Source: Eledone cirrhosa
Taxonomy: Eukaryota
Reading direction: 5' to 3'
DNA length: 64,000 nt
Assembly: GCA_964016885.1 (NCBI GenBank)
Contig: CAXHJY010000814.1
Span: forward strand, 23,194 to 87,193
Shown: positions 51,711 through 64,000 of the stretch, piece by piece
Layout: each line of letters starts with the position of its first letter
Numbering within the stretch: the first letter of the stretch is position 1
The notes under the pieces: generated by a model
Database searches by the model: none
What the model saw: the letters and a program-made list of their open reading frames with translations, nothing else
What the model was told of the DNA's origin: nothing
Made by a program: the position numbers and the translations under genes

Positions 51711-52739
51711 TTGTCATTAACATCTTAGTTTATTTGAAATTTTTTTTAAAAAAGAATACTCAAATTTTGCTCACCGTACCACTTATTTATCTTCCCTGAT
51801 CACTAATGATCTCCCTTTGAAAATCACTTGCATATCCATTATAACTAGACCCTTTTTAATATCCAAGTTCCACCTTTACTGTAGGTTTATCACTTCGGTG
51901 ATGTGTTTTGATTTTTGAGTTTGTAACTGAATTCTTCTATGTTCTGCCTGGCAGAGATTCGAAATCGAATCTAAAAATTCTCGCCTCTTAAATCACGTAT
52001 TGTTAGAAAAGTAGAAAAATCTTTCACCAATGTTTTGTCAAAGGCAACCATGATAAATTTTATGTACCACTTGACCTGTGACCCCAGACATACCACAGAC
52101 ACTTGACAGACAATAAACAGATGGCCTGGCTATTGTCTCAAAAACGATAGACACGTTCTTCTAACTATAGTACATTCTTATAAATACAACCGCTTCGAGA
52201 GACAAAGTAGAGAGTAGCTGAGACAGCGACAGAAGAACAGTTCTACCAATAACAATGGAGTATCATCACGAATACAGTTATCTAGCTACCACTCTCTCAC
52301 ATTTCTTACTTGCTTGGTACAAGAGGCATACCAAGAGACCTGGAACCCAAGAGGACCGGAACAAGAGGACTTGGCATTAAACGAAATTTTAAGTGTCACT
52401 TTCAACTACGCCCAAGAAACAACGAACGTATGTGTCAAACCGTCAAACAACTGTCAACAGGAGGTATGGTAGTGGCAAACAGAACTCTCATAAACAAAGT
52501 AATATACACCAACAAAGACCTGCCAGAAATGATTTTAATAAACGTACCGCTCATCGTCAAACTGTACGGAAGTGCGACAACCCTCTACTACACATTTGAG
52601 GTCTAGTTATAATGGATATGCAAGTGATTTTCAAAGGGAGATAATTAGTGATCAGGGGAGATAAATAAGTGGTACGGTGAGCAAAATTTGAGTATTCTTT
52701 TTTAAAAAAATTTAAAATAAACTAAGATGTTAATTACAA
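51711..52739. repeat. ~140-bp inverted repeat pair (51711-51851 and 52600-52739) around a 748-bp spacer
   Basis: ttaacatcttagtttattt...cacttgcatatccattataactagacc is the near-perfect reverse complement of ggtctagttataatggatatgcaagtg...aaataaactaagatgttaa. Confidence 0.9.
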
Positions 52740-52782
52740 TCGAGTGTTACTATAACATTATACATCCATAGAAAATCATCCC

Positions 52783-53290
52783 CTGTATAGATAAAACCGT
52801 TATCTATACTGACGAAATGTGGTTCACCACAAAAAACGTTCAGGAAGCCAAATGTATATTAGAAGGAACGCCAACCTATATCAATATAAAGCACCAGAAT
52901 GAGTGAATACTAAAAAGAACACCCAGTTTGTCAACCAGCAATGTAGAACCATGGAATGTTGTTTTACAAGAAAAAGAAGCCATAAGAAACTGACTGTTCT
53001 ACTATACCATCAGATCTGAAATGCCAAAACTTAAGGAATGAGGTAGAATAGAACTAAATCCACTCTTGTGGCTCACAGTGTGGAAGAACTATATTAACAA
53101 GTGCGTAGACAATACGTACAACAAAATCTATTTGACAAAAAACAAACCCAAGAAATCTACGCACTTCGTAATACCGGATACTGACCACTTATCACCAAAA
53201 AGAAAACGGCAGCTAAACGAAATCAAAGGTCAGTTATCTAAAGCATTATTCCCTGAACAAACACTCAAAAGGCTGAAAGTATGTTGACTA
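52783..53290 (+). pseudogene. NS1: Endogenous parvovirus-like NS1 (lineage A), Walker B to C-terminus
   Basis: CIDKTVIYTDEMWFTTKNVQEAKCILEGTPTYINIKHQNE*ILKRTPSLSTSNVEPWNVV...LFYY...GRIELNPLLWLTVWK; colinear with 9907-10465. Confidence 0.88.
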
Positions 53291-53439
53291 GATCCTGAAA
53301 AAACCAGCACAAGTCTGTGTATATCACAGAAAAATAACATGTTAAACTCACCAACAAATCCTACAAACAAACACAAATTAGCGAAGACAAAGAAACACCA
53401 CACCAACGATGTCTCTAACGGACAACTCATCCACTACAG

Positions 53440-53690
53440 ATGTGGCAGTTCAAGCAGCAATTACATTAAAAATACCACCATTCTGGGTACACAACCCAGT
53501 CCTATGGTTCGCGCATAAAGAAGCTGTCACATTGAACCGGATTGTTAATGATGCAGCTCGTCTAACTCATATCATTGGTTCGTTGTCTCCAGAGATCATG
53601 ATCGTCGTCCAAGACCTGATTTTGGCACCACCCAGCTCTGTGTCATAGGACACATTCAAAGTAAACCTAATGAAGAGGACGTCAGAGATG
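53440..53690 (+). mobile_element. Ty3/gypsy-type gag N-terminal fragment
   Basis: KIPPFWVHNPVLWFAHKEA...IIGSLSPE...VQDLILAPP matches the KLPPFWxxxPxLWFxxxEA gag motif. Confidence 0.7.
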
Positions 53691-53699
53691 TGACCCTAT

Positions 53700-54397
53700 C
53701 GCCACACTCTTAATTGGCGTCTGTGAGGAGATGGATGCAGAACATATAAACCTTCTCATGTACACAGAAGTGGGCTTTCTGAAACCAGGTCCCTAGCCCA
53801 GGCATGTCAAACATGCAGCCCGCGCAAATGTTTTTACAGCGCAAGCATGATTTAGCTTTGTAATATATTTTTGCGCGTTGGATATCCTCGATGGGGACAG
53901 GACAGAAGCCTGGCAAAGCTTCCAAGACCACCTGGATGGCTGGATGAGGGGACTCCGAGCTCCTGAGCCCAGACCATCCCGTAAACCATCGAAGCAAAGG
54001 CGCAGTTCCAAAAGGGCCGATGGCCCCCGTGGTAAGAAGAGACATGAGCGCCAAGCCCCGTATTCCTGATATCAGTGGCTCTTCGAGCTAGACAGGAAAC
54101 GCCTCTTAGCTGTTATTCTGGGTGAGGACTCGCAGGGTGGGTGCCCGGTGTCGGATCAGGAAAGCGAGAGAAGGTTTTGCGGGAGATTCTCCATCCCGGG
54201 ATGCAAAGCCAGCCTCAGTTCCTACCCGTCCTCCGGACTCGTGAACAATGCCACGCTTTTATGCCCATTTACAATCCCAGAGGTCAAAGCTGCACTTAGG
54301 AAGCTGAAACCCAGATTGGTTGCGGGTCCCGACAGCATCTTCCCGAGAGCGATTCGGGCAGCCGACCCTGCGGTTCTCGCCAACGTCTTTAACTGCT
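53700..54397 (+). mobile_element. R2/NeSL-like non-LTR retrotransposon fragment (pre-RT and start of RT)
   Basis: A basic stretch, then YQWLFELDRKRLLAVILG and PFTIPEVKAALRKLK..AGPDSI..ADPAVLANVFN; GC-richer than its flanks. Confidence 0.65.
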
Positions 54398-55606
54398 CAA
54401 TAAAGAGCGTAAACGAAGGCGAACCAAAATTTATCAGCAAAAGCGACACAACTTTGTTCTTATTCAACTACTTGTCGTATATATTTACATCGAAAAAATT
54501 TAGAATGGAACAAGATATGAAAGCATACTGGCTAAACCGCTTAAACAACGATAACTTTATAAAGCTATCGTGCATCACTAGTACGATAGTGTCATGAAGA
54601 AAGTACTGGAATGTGAAAAGCTTAAAACACTTGCCAAACCATTCAAAACAAAATTTGAAGAAATTACCTGGGAATACTTCAATGGAAACAGTATATACCT
54701 CGACGTCGACACTTCACTCAAAGTCATAAGAACAATTTCAATGACTCAGAAAATTAATGAGAACAAATTCAATAAAGTTTGGGAATTGCTAACGTTAAAG
54801 GCCCAGAAACAAAATTTATTAGTTTTGAGAGGACTGCCAAATACGGGCAAAAGCATGATCACAAGATCAATAGCTGATCTTGTCAACGGTGCAGGGAACA
54901 TCGAGTTTCCCATTTCAAAATCTTATAAATGTCAAAATCAGTCTAATAGAGGAACCATCATTCACATTGAAACCATTGTAGACTTTCAAGAAACTTGCTG
55001 AAAGCGTCGACACGGAAGTAATGGTTAAATTTAAACTGGATCAAACTGTAAAAAGAACACCATTAATTATAACTTCTAACCTAACGCGAAATTCGATGCA
55101 CAAGCACCAGCTGCTGAGAGGTATGCAGTTCGAGGTTCAGTTACCATTCCTTAAACATGTGAGAAAGCGACTGGCTCCCGGTATTTGGAATGTACTTTTT
55201 TATGAATACTGTTTTTCATCATTATCAAACGGGGACAGTGATTCATCAGATGAACACTTGTTTTACATTCTAGCCGAATACAAAAAGCAGTGTGACGAAC
55301 AGCGAAAAAGATGTGCCAATACAGAGGGACGAAGTTGACTGGGGATTCCGATTAGAACTGGAAGCTGGGACACGTTGCTCTGCACACCAGAGCAACAAGG
55401 AGAATATACCTCCGATGAAGAATTTACCCAAGAACCAAAATAGGTTAAATACAGAAGACTGTTGAAATCTAACAGAGATGCTGAAAGTCCTGTCCTAATA
55501 TCAGATGAATTATAATTTTCTTTTCTGCATGTCATCATTATATAATTTCATTGCATGTTTTTTTATATTATATTAATTTCTTATATATTTGGAAATAAAA
55601 AAAAAA
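54398..55606 (+). pseudogene. NS1: Endogenous parvovirus-like NS1 (lineage B), C-terminal two-thirds plus 3' UTR
   Basis: PKFISKSDTTLFLFNYL, MKKVLECEKLKT, Walker A LVLRGLPNTGKS, KRTPLIITSN, LAPGIWNVLFYEYCFSSLSNGDSDSSDEHLFYIL; AATAAA at 55594. Confidence 0.9.
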
Positions 55607-56071
55607 GTGAGGAGAAACTCGAAGCTGGCCGGGAGGTCGGTTTCGAGTTTTTTTGGTTTTCTTTTAGCTTTTTTAAAGAAAGATGATTATTGCACCGTTC
55701 AAAGTGGTCGGGAGGGAGGTGAATGTCTATCGGCTAGTCATTCACTTCCCGATTATAACTCTGCACACTGTGCAACTCGCTAAACGAACTTTCTTTCTAC
55801 ATTACAGGCACTCAATAACAAAATGTACATGTTAAAAACAATCAATTCACATGGAAGAAGGAACTGCCCTTACAGAACATCTTTGACATTGACGTAACAA
55901 ATGACATCATGATGGAACCATCACATCCTCTATATAAAAATTCTTCTTCTGCTAATAGGTATTAAGGAAAACTAAGTACGCAAATGTATGGTGGGTCTGG
56001 AACCAGATATGACAGTCAAAAGACTTTAATAAATTGGTATTTTTATTATTGCTCCCTTTATCGTAATGTAC

Positions 56072-56290
56072 TTAACCCTTTAGCATTCAAACCGCCCCGA
56101 ATTCTCTCACTTCTTTCTGTTAAAACCAGCTCTAACTGGCCATTCAGACTGAAGTTACCATATTTTTCTCGAAATGAATAATATCAAAATCTCATAGATT
56201 CGATACTTTATGAGATAATTATGTGAGATAAAGCCTTTACTGTGAAAATACAATAGTAAATATAGAGTAATGTAAATGCTAAAGGGTTAA
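56072..56290. mobile_element. MITE with TTAA-flanked TIRs (inverted copy of 4680-4897)
   Basis: ttaaccctttagcatt ... aatgctaaagggttaa. Confidence 0.85.
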
Positions 56291-57564
56291 ATAACACATG
56301 ACCAACTACCAGTCAGCACAACGGTGAACGGAAAGATACATTGTTTAATTTGCAACAACCGCATCGCCGTACCAAAAGAGTACAACTTGAAAAGACATTA
56401 CGAAACGAACCATCGATCTTACGATAAATATGAAGGCCTGTAGTGAGTATCGACATCTGTACTTGGGGAACAAAACTAATTAGAGTTGCTTCCCCGTGGC
56501 CAGAATATAAGTGAGTGTTCTGACGTCACTCAACCTCTCTTTCGGTCCAGCTTCTCCGAGCTGTACACATCTGCTGGGGACCTCTACCATAAGGCTCAGC
56601 TCAGATGCATTTCAATCCTTCTCATAAGGATTAACAATAACAAGTCACACGTATGTTCTGTAATCATTGTAACACACAAGCACACGAATAAAGAGTAAAA
56701 CTATTTTAATAACTACGTTATTATTATTATCATGTTTGAATTAACACCAATAACCAGCTAACCAGATGAGTGAACTATATTTCATGTATATTATATTTCC
56801 AGTCTGCATCACATCATCATGCTTCCTGCCTTCCTTATGTATTCTTGTATTCCTGCCTTCTTTCATATTATATAATTTAGCATGTGGGATAACATTTGGT
56901 ATTCCAGACTCACTTGGACATAAACCCAAATCCCTTTATACTATTCGCTAAAGGCCCAATGTGTGTTTCAAGACTCAAGGAATTGAAGGCTAACTTGACA
57001 CAGCAACAGACCTGTTTTACAAAAATTCAGGCATAAAGCTGGTCTGTGGTATAAAAAGGGTAGGTGACTGTTGTTTTACAGGGCAGGAAAATGTTGTTTT
57101 ATTTATTCAGAAATCAGTGAATGATTAGTTTTTCCTAACCTTTCTTCACTTTATATTTCGTCTTTAAAACTAAAGTATGTATTATTTCCTTCTCGGCGAA
57201 GTTATTGATTGGTTTAATGACCAGAAAAAAATTAGATGAGTTTCATGCAGCAAGACATCTCTAACTACTATGCAGCCATTCCCCCATTGCTTCTGAAAAA
57301 GGCCTTACTCCTTGAGATGAGGAATTCAAGCCTTACTAGGAGGGAAGAGGACACTTTATATTTGGTTTTAAAAACTAAAGTATGTATTATTTCGTTTCCC
57401 ATCACTCAATGAGAAAATGTACACGTTCGTGTAACCTTGGATTAAAAACAATCAATTCACGTGGAAGAACTAACTAAACAAACTTTCACAAGACAAGCAT
57501 TACGCTAAACGACAACAAACACTTAATTCATTCAATGCAACTAAATATATTCATCATTAACTAC

Positions 57565-59035
57565 AGGAGAGAAAGGAAAATCTTTAGATGTTAATCTACC
57601 CGTGGATTGACAATGACGACTTTCACTGAGACGAGGATAATGAAACACTCAATGAGCAAGCCAACATACAAGTATCTAATGAAACCTTACGCAATGGTTT
57701 TTACGAGGCAAAGAATACCTATGCTAAAACTGCTGCACAGAAGATTATAGAATTTATAAGTATAGTTGGTGAGGTACTAATTTATCATCCAGCGGAATCA
57801 AGAACATGCAATAACAAGGACTGGAACATCTAAAATCATTTCCACATAGTATGGAAAAGTGTGACAAGACTGGGAGAGAACCAAAAACTCAAATGCATCA
57901 GACACATTTACAAGAAGGCCACAAGTTTAAACAGATACATTCCAGACTGTCAGAAAGTCAAGTTTCCGTCTACCATGGCTAACTATTTTTGCCAAAGGCC
58001 ACGACGTCTTCTAGTAAAAGGAAAATCCTTCATAACAGCAACTTTTGCACAGTGGTGCATGTGCGATAACATACCGAAACCCGAAGTTGCTACGACATCT
58101 ACAGCGAACAAAAAAGGAAACGACACCAAACCAAAATTTGTAACGAAGAAAGGTACAACCATGTACCTATTCAATTATTTGATGTATTTTTTCACTGAGA
58201 AAAAGTTTCGCACAGAAAAAGATATGAAGGCGCACTGGTTGAATAAGACAAACAGCGAAGAGTTTTTGACAGCGATTGCTCACACTCAATACAACATGGT
58301 GATGAAGAAGGTTTTAGAATGTGAGAAGCTAAAAACATCGTCCAGGCCATTCAAAACCAAGTTTGAGTCAATGGACTGGGACTACTTCAACAACAGTAGA
58401 CTACTCCTCGATGTAGAGACATCACTTAAGGTTGTTCGTACGATACTAATGACACAATCTATTAATGAATCAACTTTCGTGAATGACGTTTGGGACCTTC
58501 TCACTCTGAAAACGGAATCTACCGGTGCTCAGAGGACTACCAAATACAGGCAAAAGCATGGTAGCTCAATCTATTGTGGACATGTTTACACACTGTCGAC
58601 TGTACAGGAAACATCTAGTTTCCCTTTTCAAAACTTAGTAAACGTTGAAATAGGATTAATAAAGGAGCCTTCGTTTACACTAGAAACACTAGACCATCAA
58701 ATAACTTTCAGAGGGTGTCGATACGGAGGTGATGGTGAAGTTCAAGCAGGACCAAACCGTCAAAAGGACACCTCTCATCATAACATCCAACAGCAGGTTC
58801 AATTCGCAGGCTCCAGCAGCTGAGAGACAAGCGTTCGTCACACGTTATTCAGAGTTCGTTTTTACTGTCTCAAATCACTTTTTGTTACATGTCAAAAAAA
58901 GATTGAATCCTGGTTTGTGGAATATATTATATTATTCTACGAACATTGCTTTTCACTAATATCAAACGAAGACTCAGACTCAGCCAATGAACATTTATCG
59001 TTCATTCTAGAAAGAAACGAACGAGAAGCAGAACG
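57565..59035 (+). pseudogene. NS1: Endogenous parvovirus-like NS1 (lineage B), near full-length
   Basis: HUH NHFHIVWK just upstream of ORF 57861, then MANYFCQRP. After a frameshift: VLRGLPNTGKS, FPFQNL, IGLIKEP (Walker B site), RTPLIITSN and EHCFSLISNEDSDSANEHLSFIL. Confidence 0.9.
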
Positions 59036-59039
59036 ACCA

Positions 59040-59564
59040 CGTACATGGGTTAACAGAACTCATAGTTGGTTCAGCATGATGGAATACTACACATTCAATT
59101 CAACTTTCGAACCTCCAACAATTCAATTAATGAACGGACTACAGACTGAAATAAATACATATTCCGGTGCACTAAAATCACAATGGGCACCAACTAAAGA
59201 CGGTACATGGTCTCAAGAATTAGTGGTTGACAAAACGGCAAAAGAGAATACAGAGAGGTCACACTTAACACAATTTCCAATAAATCCTTCCAATCCTCCA
59301 CCGATAGCTTGCGTCGTTTGAATACCAATACTAGACTCACAAAATAACGTAGCAAAGATAACATTCATGATGACTATCACATACGAATCAGAAGTAGATT
59401 TCAAATTCATCTCTGGTAATCCGCAAATGATGGGTTGCATGGCTTGGGGCGAAGACAATGCAACATTAATGAACTCCGCAAAAATTAACTTATGTAAACG
59501 GTCTCAAGGTTTACGTAATTATGAAATAACAAGAACTGGCAAAACCAGACAAGCTCTATGTTAA
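59040..59564 (+). pseudogene. Probable parvoviral capsid (VP) C-terminal fragment
   Basis: One long frame with one stop reads PINPSNPPPIACVV*IPILDSQNNVAKITFMMTITYESEVDFK, resembling the PP motif and final beta-strand of densoviral capsids. It lies between NS1 pieces. Confidence 0.5.
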
Positions 59565-59589
59565 AGTAATATTACAATAACTATTTCAC

Positions 59590-60435
59590 CCACTTGCAAC
59601 AAGTCCATAAATCCATATCAACTCACGGCCAACAAGATCACCACACACACAAAGTCAAAATCTAATGTTAAAGCAACTCACAGATAAAGACTTCACGCCG
59701 GAAAACATGGAATCCGACAACGACGACGATAACAGATCATTGTCCACAAACAAGACAATTCGTGGAGCAAAGTACAACTTTATAAAAAAAATAATGAAGA
59801 GATGTAACTCTACGGATATGGGCGGCATCATCAGATTCTGCAAAACGACTTCTAAGGAAAAATATAGAACGCAGTGGACTAATATCTACCAAAATATGCC
59901 TAATCTTATAAACATCATACAAGCAGCCGCTATAGAAAAGACAGAATTTTTCAGTAACATAGCAAAAACTTGCAGACATCACTAGATATCTACGAGTGGA
60001 TTGAACACTACAACATTAATGACGACAACTTCAACCGCCACACGTTCGAAGTGTGCCACAAAGTAATGGCTAAAAAGAACGGGCTACACATGACAGGACC
60101 TCCGAATAGTGGCAAAAGCTACATCCTGAGGTCTATAAAAAACAGGCTCATGAACTGTAGGCCTATGCAATGCCAAGCTTCCGATAATTTCACAGCTGCA
60201 TAGACAAAACGCTCATATATACTGATGAAATGTGGTTTACCACAAACAATGTGGAGGATGCCAAGTGCATTCTAGAAGGAACAGATACCTATAAATACCT
60301 ATATTAATATAAAACACCAACAAGAAAGGATCATGAAAACAACCCCATCACTATCAACCAGCAATGTCGAACCTTGGAAAGTAGTCACACGAGAAAGAGG
60401 CCGCCAAAAGCCGTCTATACTACTACGAAACGAGG
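59590..60435 (+). pseudogene. NS1: Endogenous parvovirus-like NS1 (lineage A), middle region plus helicase
   Basis: NPYQLT, MLKQLT..TNKTIRGAKYNFIKKIMKRCN, Walker A GLHMTGPPNSGKS, IDKTLIYTDEMWF, AKCILEG, TPSLSTSNVEPW. Confidence 0.9.
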
Positions 60436-61214
60436 ATGGCACTACATAGGTTCTACAGCTGGGGAATTAAAAAAAAAAAATGGTATCTAGATAGACATTC
60501 TATGAAAATCCGTAGACTAGAGAACTTAACAACACTGGCCAATAAAATCTGGCAGCTTAAGGACACCAACCAGTAATATGGGATTAGCTGGTCGAAATTA
60601 TCGATAGCAAGGGCCTACAATAATGGAATGTCCCAATGCAGACTTTACAAAATGGAGCTGCCCCTTATTTTAAAGTATGATAAAATGCTGCTTAACAACA
60701 AAATAGAACGATTAATTTTCTGTAGGCACAAAGCAGCTACCAAGTTCTCTAACTTCAAACTGGCATAATTCGATCCAGCAATCTCAGACTTCAAGCAGAA
60801 CCACCCGGGTTTTAATGTACTAGCACCACACCACCCCACTGTTATTAGCTGTCAACCGACCAACTGGTCATTAAATCAACATCATTAAACCAACCTTTCT
60901 TTCACTCTCTCTCCCTATAACCACATCAACTCCATTAAGATAAAACAATCAGTCTGCCAGACATTAACCACCCGTATATCACTACCCCTTTCACTTTTTA
61001 TTCTCTATCTATCTCCTGATCGATAGACGTGTGTCACTTTACTGTGAAGTTTTTATGGATTTACAATACAAAAAACTGTAAGTTCATTGTTGAATTTTAT
61101 ATTGTTGTTTAGCTTGAGCCCTCATTTGGGCTTTCAGACGGTCGGTTAACCCATTTTCATTTGGAACCAAATTTGCATTTGGAAAAATTTGCTTTGAAAC
61201 CAAATTTGCAGAGC

Positions 61215-62812
61215 CACTACTGCGGAAGTTGGAGTGGATGCAGTTGGAACCAGGACTGCAAAAAGCGGCGTCGGCCTACGCCAACGACATGACAGTAATG
61301 GTGTCGAGCACCTCGCAAATCGGGGAGATTGGCAACTCGGATCGTGGAGAGGCAAACCGATGCCTTCCGACGGCCTCGTTGGACGCTGGACGAAGGGATC
61401 AGACCTCCAGGTGGAGAAAAACTGGAACGAGGTGACGGCCAAGGTGTTTGCACTCGCCCAGAAGTGGGCCGAGTGCAAACTATCCTTGAAAAGGTCGAGT
61501 GGAGGTGGCGAACGCTTTCATAGCGTCCGTCATCTACTACCGCTTGACTGTCGTGCCTTGTCTAAGTAAAACGCTCACCCAAAATGGAGCGCGTGCTCTT
61601 CCAATTCCTTTGGAAGAAGCGAGCTCCTTTGATGAGAAGATCCATTTGCTGTCAGCACCCTTCAAACGGAGGGCTGGGGTTGCCTTGGCTGACGATGCGC
61701 AAACATGCACTCAGGCTGCGGCACCTCCACGTATTCCTCACCAAACAACCGGTGTGGGCTCCGTTCGTGAGGAGAGCCTTCCCACCACTCGTCTCGCTGA
61801 CCAAGCTGCAGTCCTGGGTCAAGCAAAGACCGAGAAAAATGGGTGACTGGCACATCGAATGTGCTCAGGCACTCACAGTTCTCTGGCAAACGGACCCGGC
61901 AATCAGTGGACACTCCACCTCGTCATTCTATAGAGGGTTAGTCCGCAGCAAGTGCGACGACACTCTCGGAGAAACAAAGGCGTAGAGGAAGACCAACTGG
62001 CCAGTCTGTTCGGTAGGACCTTCCGCCCGGGACCAATGGGCAACTTCCAAAAGTCCCTGGCCTGGCAGTGCTACCGAGGAGCTCTACCAGTTCGAGACAA
62101 GCTCTACAGACATGGTGGCCCGGGCAGGGACCCTTCGAAAAAGATCTGCCCGAGATGCGTGCGCGACGAGGAAACCATCGCGCACGCATTTGTACACTGC
62201 CCGGGCATTACCGACCCGTGGGGCTATGTAGTATGACTACTGTCACAGGTTCCGGTTGACCACCAAGTCCATTATTGCAATCAAACCGCCACCTTCCTTC
62301 AAAAGTGAAGGAGAGGCAGTTTTCCTCTGTAATGGCTATGGTGAAAGAGGTTATATGGTGGACGAGACTGAAAGGGCTGAGATCAGACACCTTTCTCTCC
62401 GGCGAACAACTGGTTCTTCTTCTAAAATGATATTTGAAGAAGCGAACCAGAGTGGAGAGAGAGGTGCTGCACCCCAGCAAATTTTACAAAAGGTGGGTGA
62501 ATATGACAAGGATGGCCCGAGTGGTTGGGCCTTCTCTTTATATAAGCCTGTAGGTTGAGGAAGAAGAGGAAGAGAGGAGAGGAGTGCTCGCTCTTCGTGC
62601 TCCTGGAGATGGGGGGTTGTAGATTTTTTTTTGGGGGGGGGGGGGGGGTGCAATCCATTTGTAACGCCTCTCCTCTATTGGGGATTTTGTTTGTTTTATT
62701 CATTATTTTTCTTATACATTTTTACACGCCTTGTATGTAAACTCCCCAATTGTATGTCTCCATCTTTTGCGCCCTTGTGGCAAATAAAGAAATATATCTA
62801 TCTATCTATCTA
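61215..62812 (+). mobile_element. Tx1/L1-clade LINE, 5'-truncated (RT C-terminus, zf-RVT, 3' UTR, (TCTA)n tail)
   Basis: SAYANDMTV (YADD site), KLSLK.RVEVANAFIAS, FQFLWK, GGLGLP, AWQCYRGALPVRDKL, CPRC..EETIAHAFVHCP; AATAAA plus a tetranucleotide tail. Confidence 0.9.
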
Positions 62813-63382
62813 CTCCTTCCCCGTCCTTAGCCCTACCCCTTATGTCTCATCCTCGTATCCTCATCCCCACTCGGTCTCCTGTCCCTTACATCTTCCCCTC
62901 TCAATTTTTATATATTATTTTTTATCTTTTATCTATTTGTTATGATTTTTTATTTCTTAATTTTTATTATTCTAATCCTCTGGGATTTGATCACTACATA
63001 TGTATTTAATGTTCCCTTTCATGTCATTGTTATCTCTACGGTCATCACTACTTTACACATCCACTTACCACTGTACCTTCAACTAATACCACCACCAATA
63101 GTATTCTGTACTTATTTTTTACATCTTTATCATCTTCATTCTAACTTCTTTATTATTATCTTTTATTATCAATTGTTTTGATTCTCCAATGTATCTATAA
63201 ATAACAATGCCATGTCTTAAACCCTCCAGTATTCTAATGATTTGATCACATTGTATTTAAGGTCGAGTGACGCAACTTCGAGTGATTAGCGGCCTTTAGA
63301 CTCACCTGATCAATGAAACAATTGTTAATACTGTAAATAAAACTGTCTGTACAGCCGACCATGTTATTCTTCACTCTTTCAC

Positions 63383-64000
<618 letters not shown>

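Noticed and set aside
51711-52739. Inverted repeats as parvoviral ITRs
   Set aside because: They are AT-rich, lack an internal hairpin and enclose only 748 bp rather than NS and VP genes.
55594-55606. Poly(A) tail proving retroposition of NS1 mRNA
   Set aside because: The A-run abuts AATAAA directly, and the homologous satellite position is simply A-rich (attaaaaagaagaaac), so it is not diagnostic.
57861-58823. Intact or domesticated 320-aa NS1 gene
   Set aside because: There is a stop just before the HUH motif and a frameshift before Walker A, and the ORF C-terminus is out of frame.

Overview
Eukaryotic, AT-rich animal DNA with no recognisable host gene. The SINE families and (TA)n microsatellites resemble those of cephalopods (Octopus-like), which is an inference. 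The window is a dense mosaic of decayed invader fragments. There are at least six pieces of endogenous parvovirus/densovirus-like NS1 (HUH endonuclease plus SF3 helicase) from two divergent lineages, two VP1 PLA2 remnants and a probable capsid C-terminus. It also carries a Helitron, Tc1, pogo, hAT, Penelope-like, RTE, CR1, Tx1/L1, R2-like and gypsy-gag fragments. About 20 protein-derived fragments all lie on the + strand, the architecture of a flamenco-like uni-strand piRNA cluster or antiviral archive (inference, not shown). The central ~30.7 kb (17452-48207) is a tandem array of ~38 monomers, mostly alternating ~715 and ~920 bp (~1.63 kb dimer). Each monomer fuses a Penelope linker/GIY-YIG fragment to the 3' end of a parvoviral NS1 gene, and the array starts exactly at the Helitron CTAG terminus. 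Coordinates were read by eye, so boundaries of decayed elements are approximate.
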